In this document: positions 63,620 to 64,000 of the stretch, one piece after another
Layout: the number at the start of each line of letters is the position of its first letter
Numbering within the stretch: the stretch's first letter is position 1
Assembly (NCBI GenBank): GCA_038087875.1
Contig: JAXLNO010000200.1
Span: forward strand, 1 to 64,000
Reading direction: 5' to 3'
Length of the DNA: 64,000 nt
Origin: Malacoraja senta
Taxonomy: Eukaryota
Made by a program: the position numbers and the translations under genes
Notes under the pieces: generated by a model
What the model was told of the DNA's origin: nothing
Database searches by the model: none
What the model saw: the letters and a program-made list of their open reading frames with translations, nothing else

Positions 63620-64000
63620 CTTTAATGAAATCTGACAATGTGACCACATGATTTTTTCTATTACAAATCTCAAGTTATGGAATAATTAAATAACTAATGA
63701 TGGGTCTTTGTCTCATACATTATAAATAAATGATGGGTCTTTGTCCCAAACATTATGGAGGGCACTGTATGTCCTCTGGTCCTCGATTCACCTACTCTGG
63801 GCAAAAGATTCTATGCATCTACCCGATCTATTCCTCTCATGATCTTATACACCTTTATAAATCACCCCTCATTCTCCTGCACTCCAGGGAATAGAAACCC
63901 AGCCTACTCAACCTCTCCCTATAGATCAGACCCTGTAGCCCTGGCAACATTCTCGCAATTGAGGAGTTTATTAGACAAGGTGGAAGAGAGAAACTGATCC

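Larger units (their letters stand above)
59198..63767 (-). mobile_element. Tc1/mariner transposon, IR/DR type, with decayed transposase and two nested insertions
   Basis: Ends CAGT(..)TCCATAATGTTTGG and CCAAACATTATGGAGGGCACTG-TA; inner DRs ~59403-59428 and 61679-61703; TVKHDGTGVMAWACM, LQQDNNSKH, WPRQSPDLNLFEH. Confidence 0.93.

Noticed and set aside
54741..64000. Upstream aminopeptidase exons, and downstream exons below 16063
   Set aside because: None found by eye; these regions are almost wholly transposon-derived, so the exons probably lie outside the window.

Overview
Eukaryotic, repeat-rich intronic DNA. The CR1/V-SINE/Penelope repertoire suggests a cartilaginous fish such as a skate or ray (inference). 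The window lies inside one minus-strand M1 zinc aminopeptidase gene most like laeverin/aminopeptidase Q. Thirteen internal exons (16063-54740) splice into one open frame with HELAH-18x-E, an unusual NAMEN motif and a GC splice donor; both gene ends lie outside the window. Introns hold nested transposons: a full-length L1 flanked by a ~740-bp direct duplication, a DIRS1 element with both termini and its ICR, three long CR1 LINEs, Rex1/Babar LINEs, a Penelope element with hammerhead-like ends plus palindromic derivatives, a Tc1 carrying two insertions, Harbinger-type MITEs, tRNA-derived SINEs and two Helitron-like elements carrying minisatellites. No prokaryotic system or CRISPR array is supported. 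Alignments and family calls were made by eye; repeat boundaries are approximate unless a TSD or splice site is cited.
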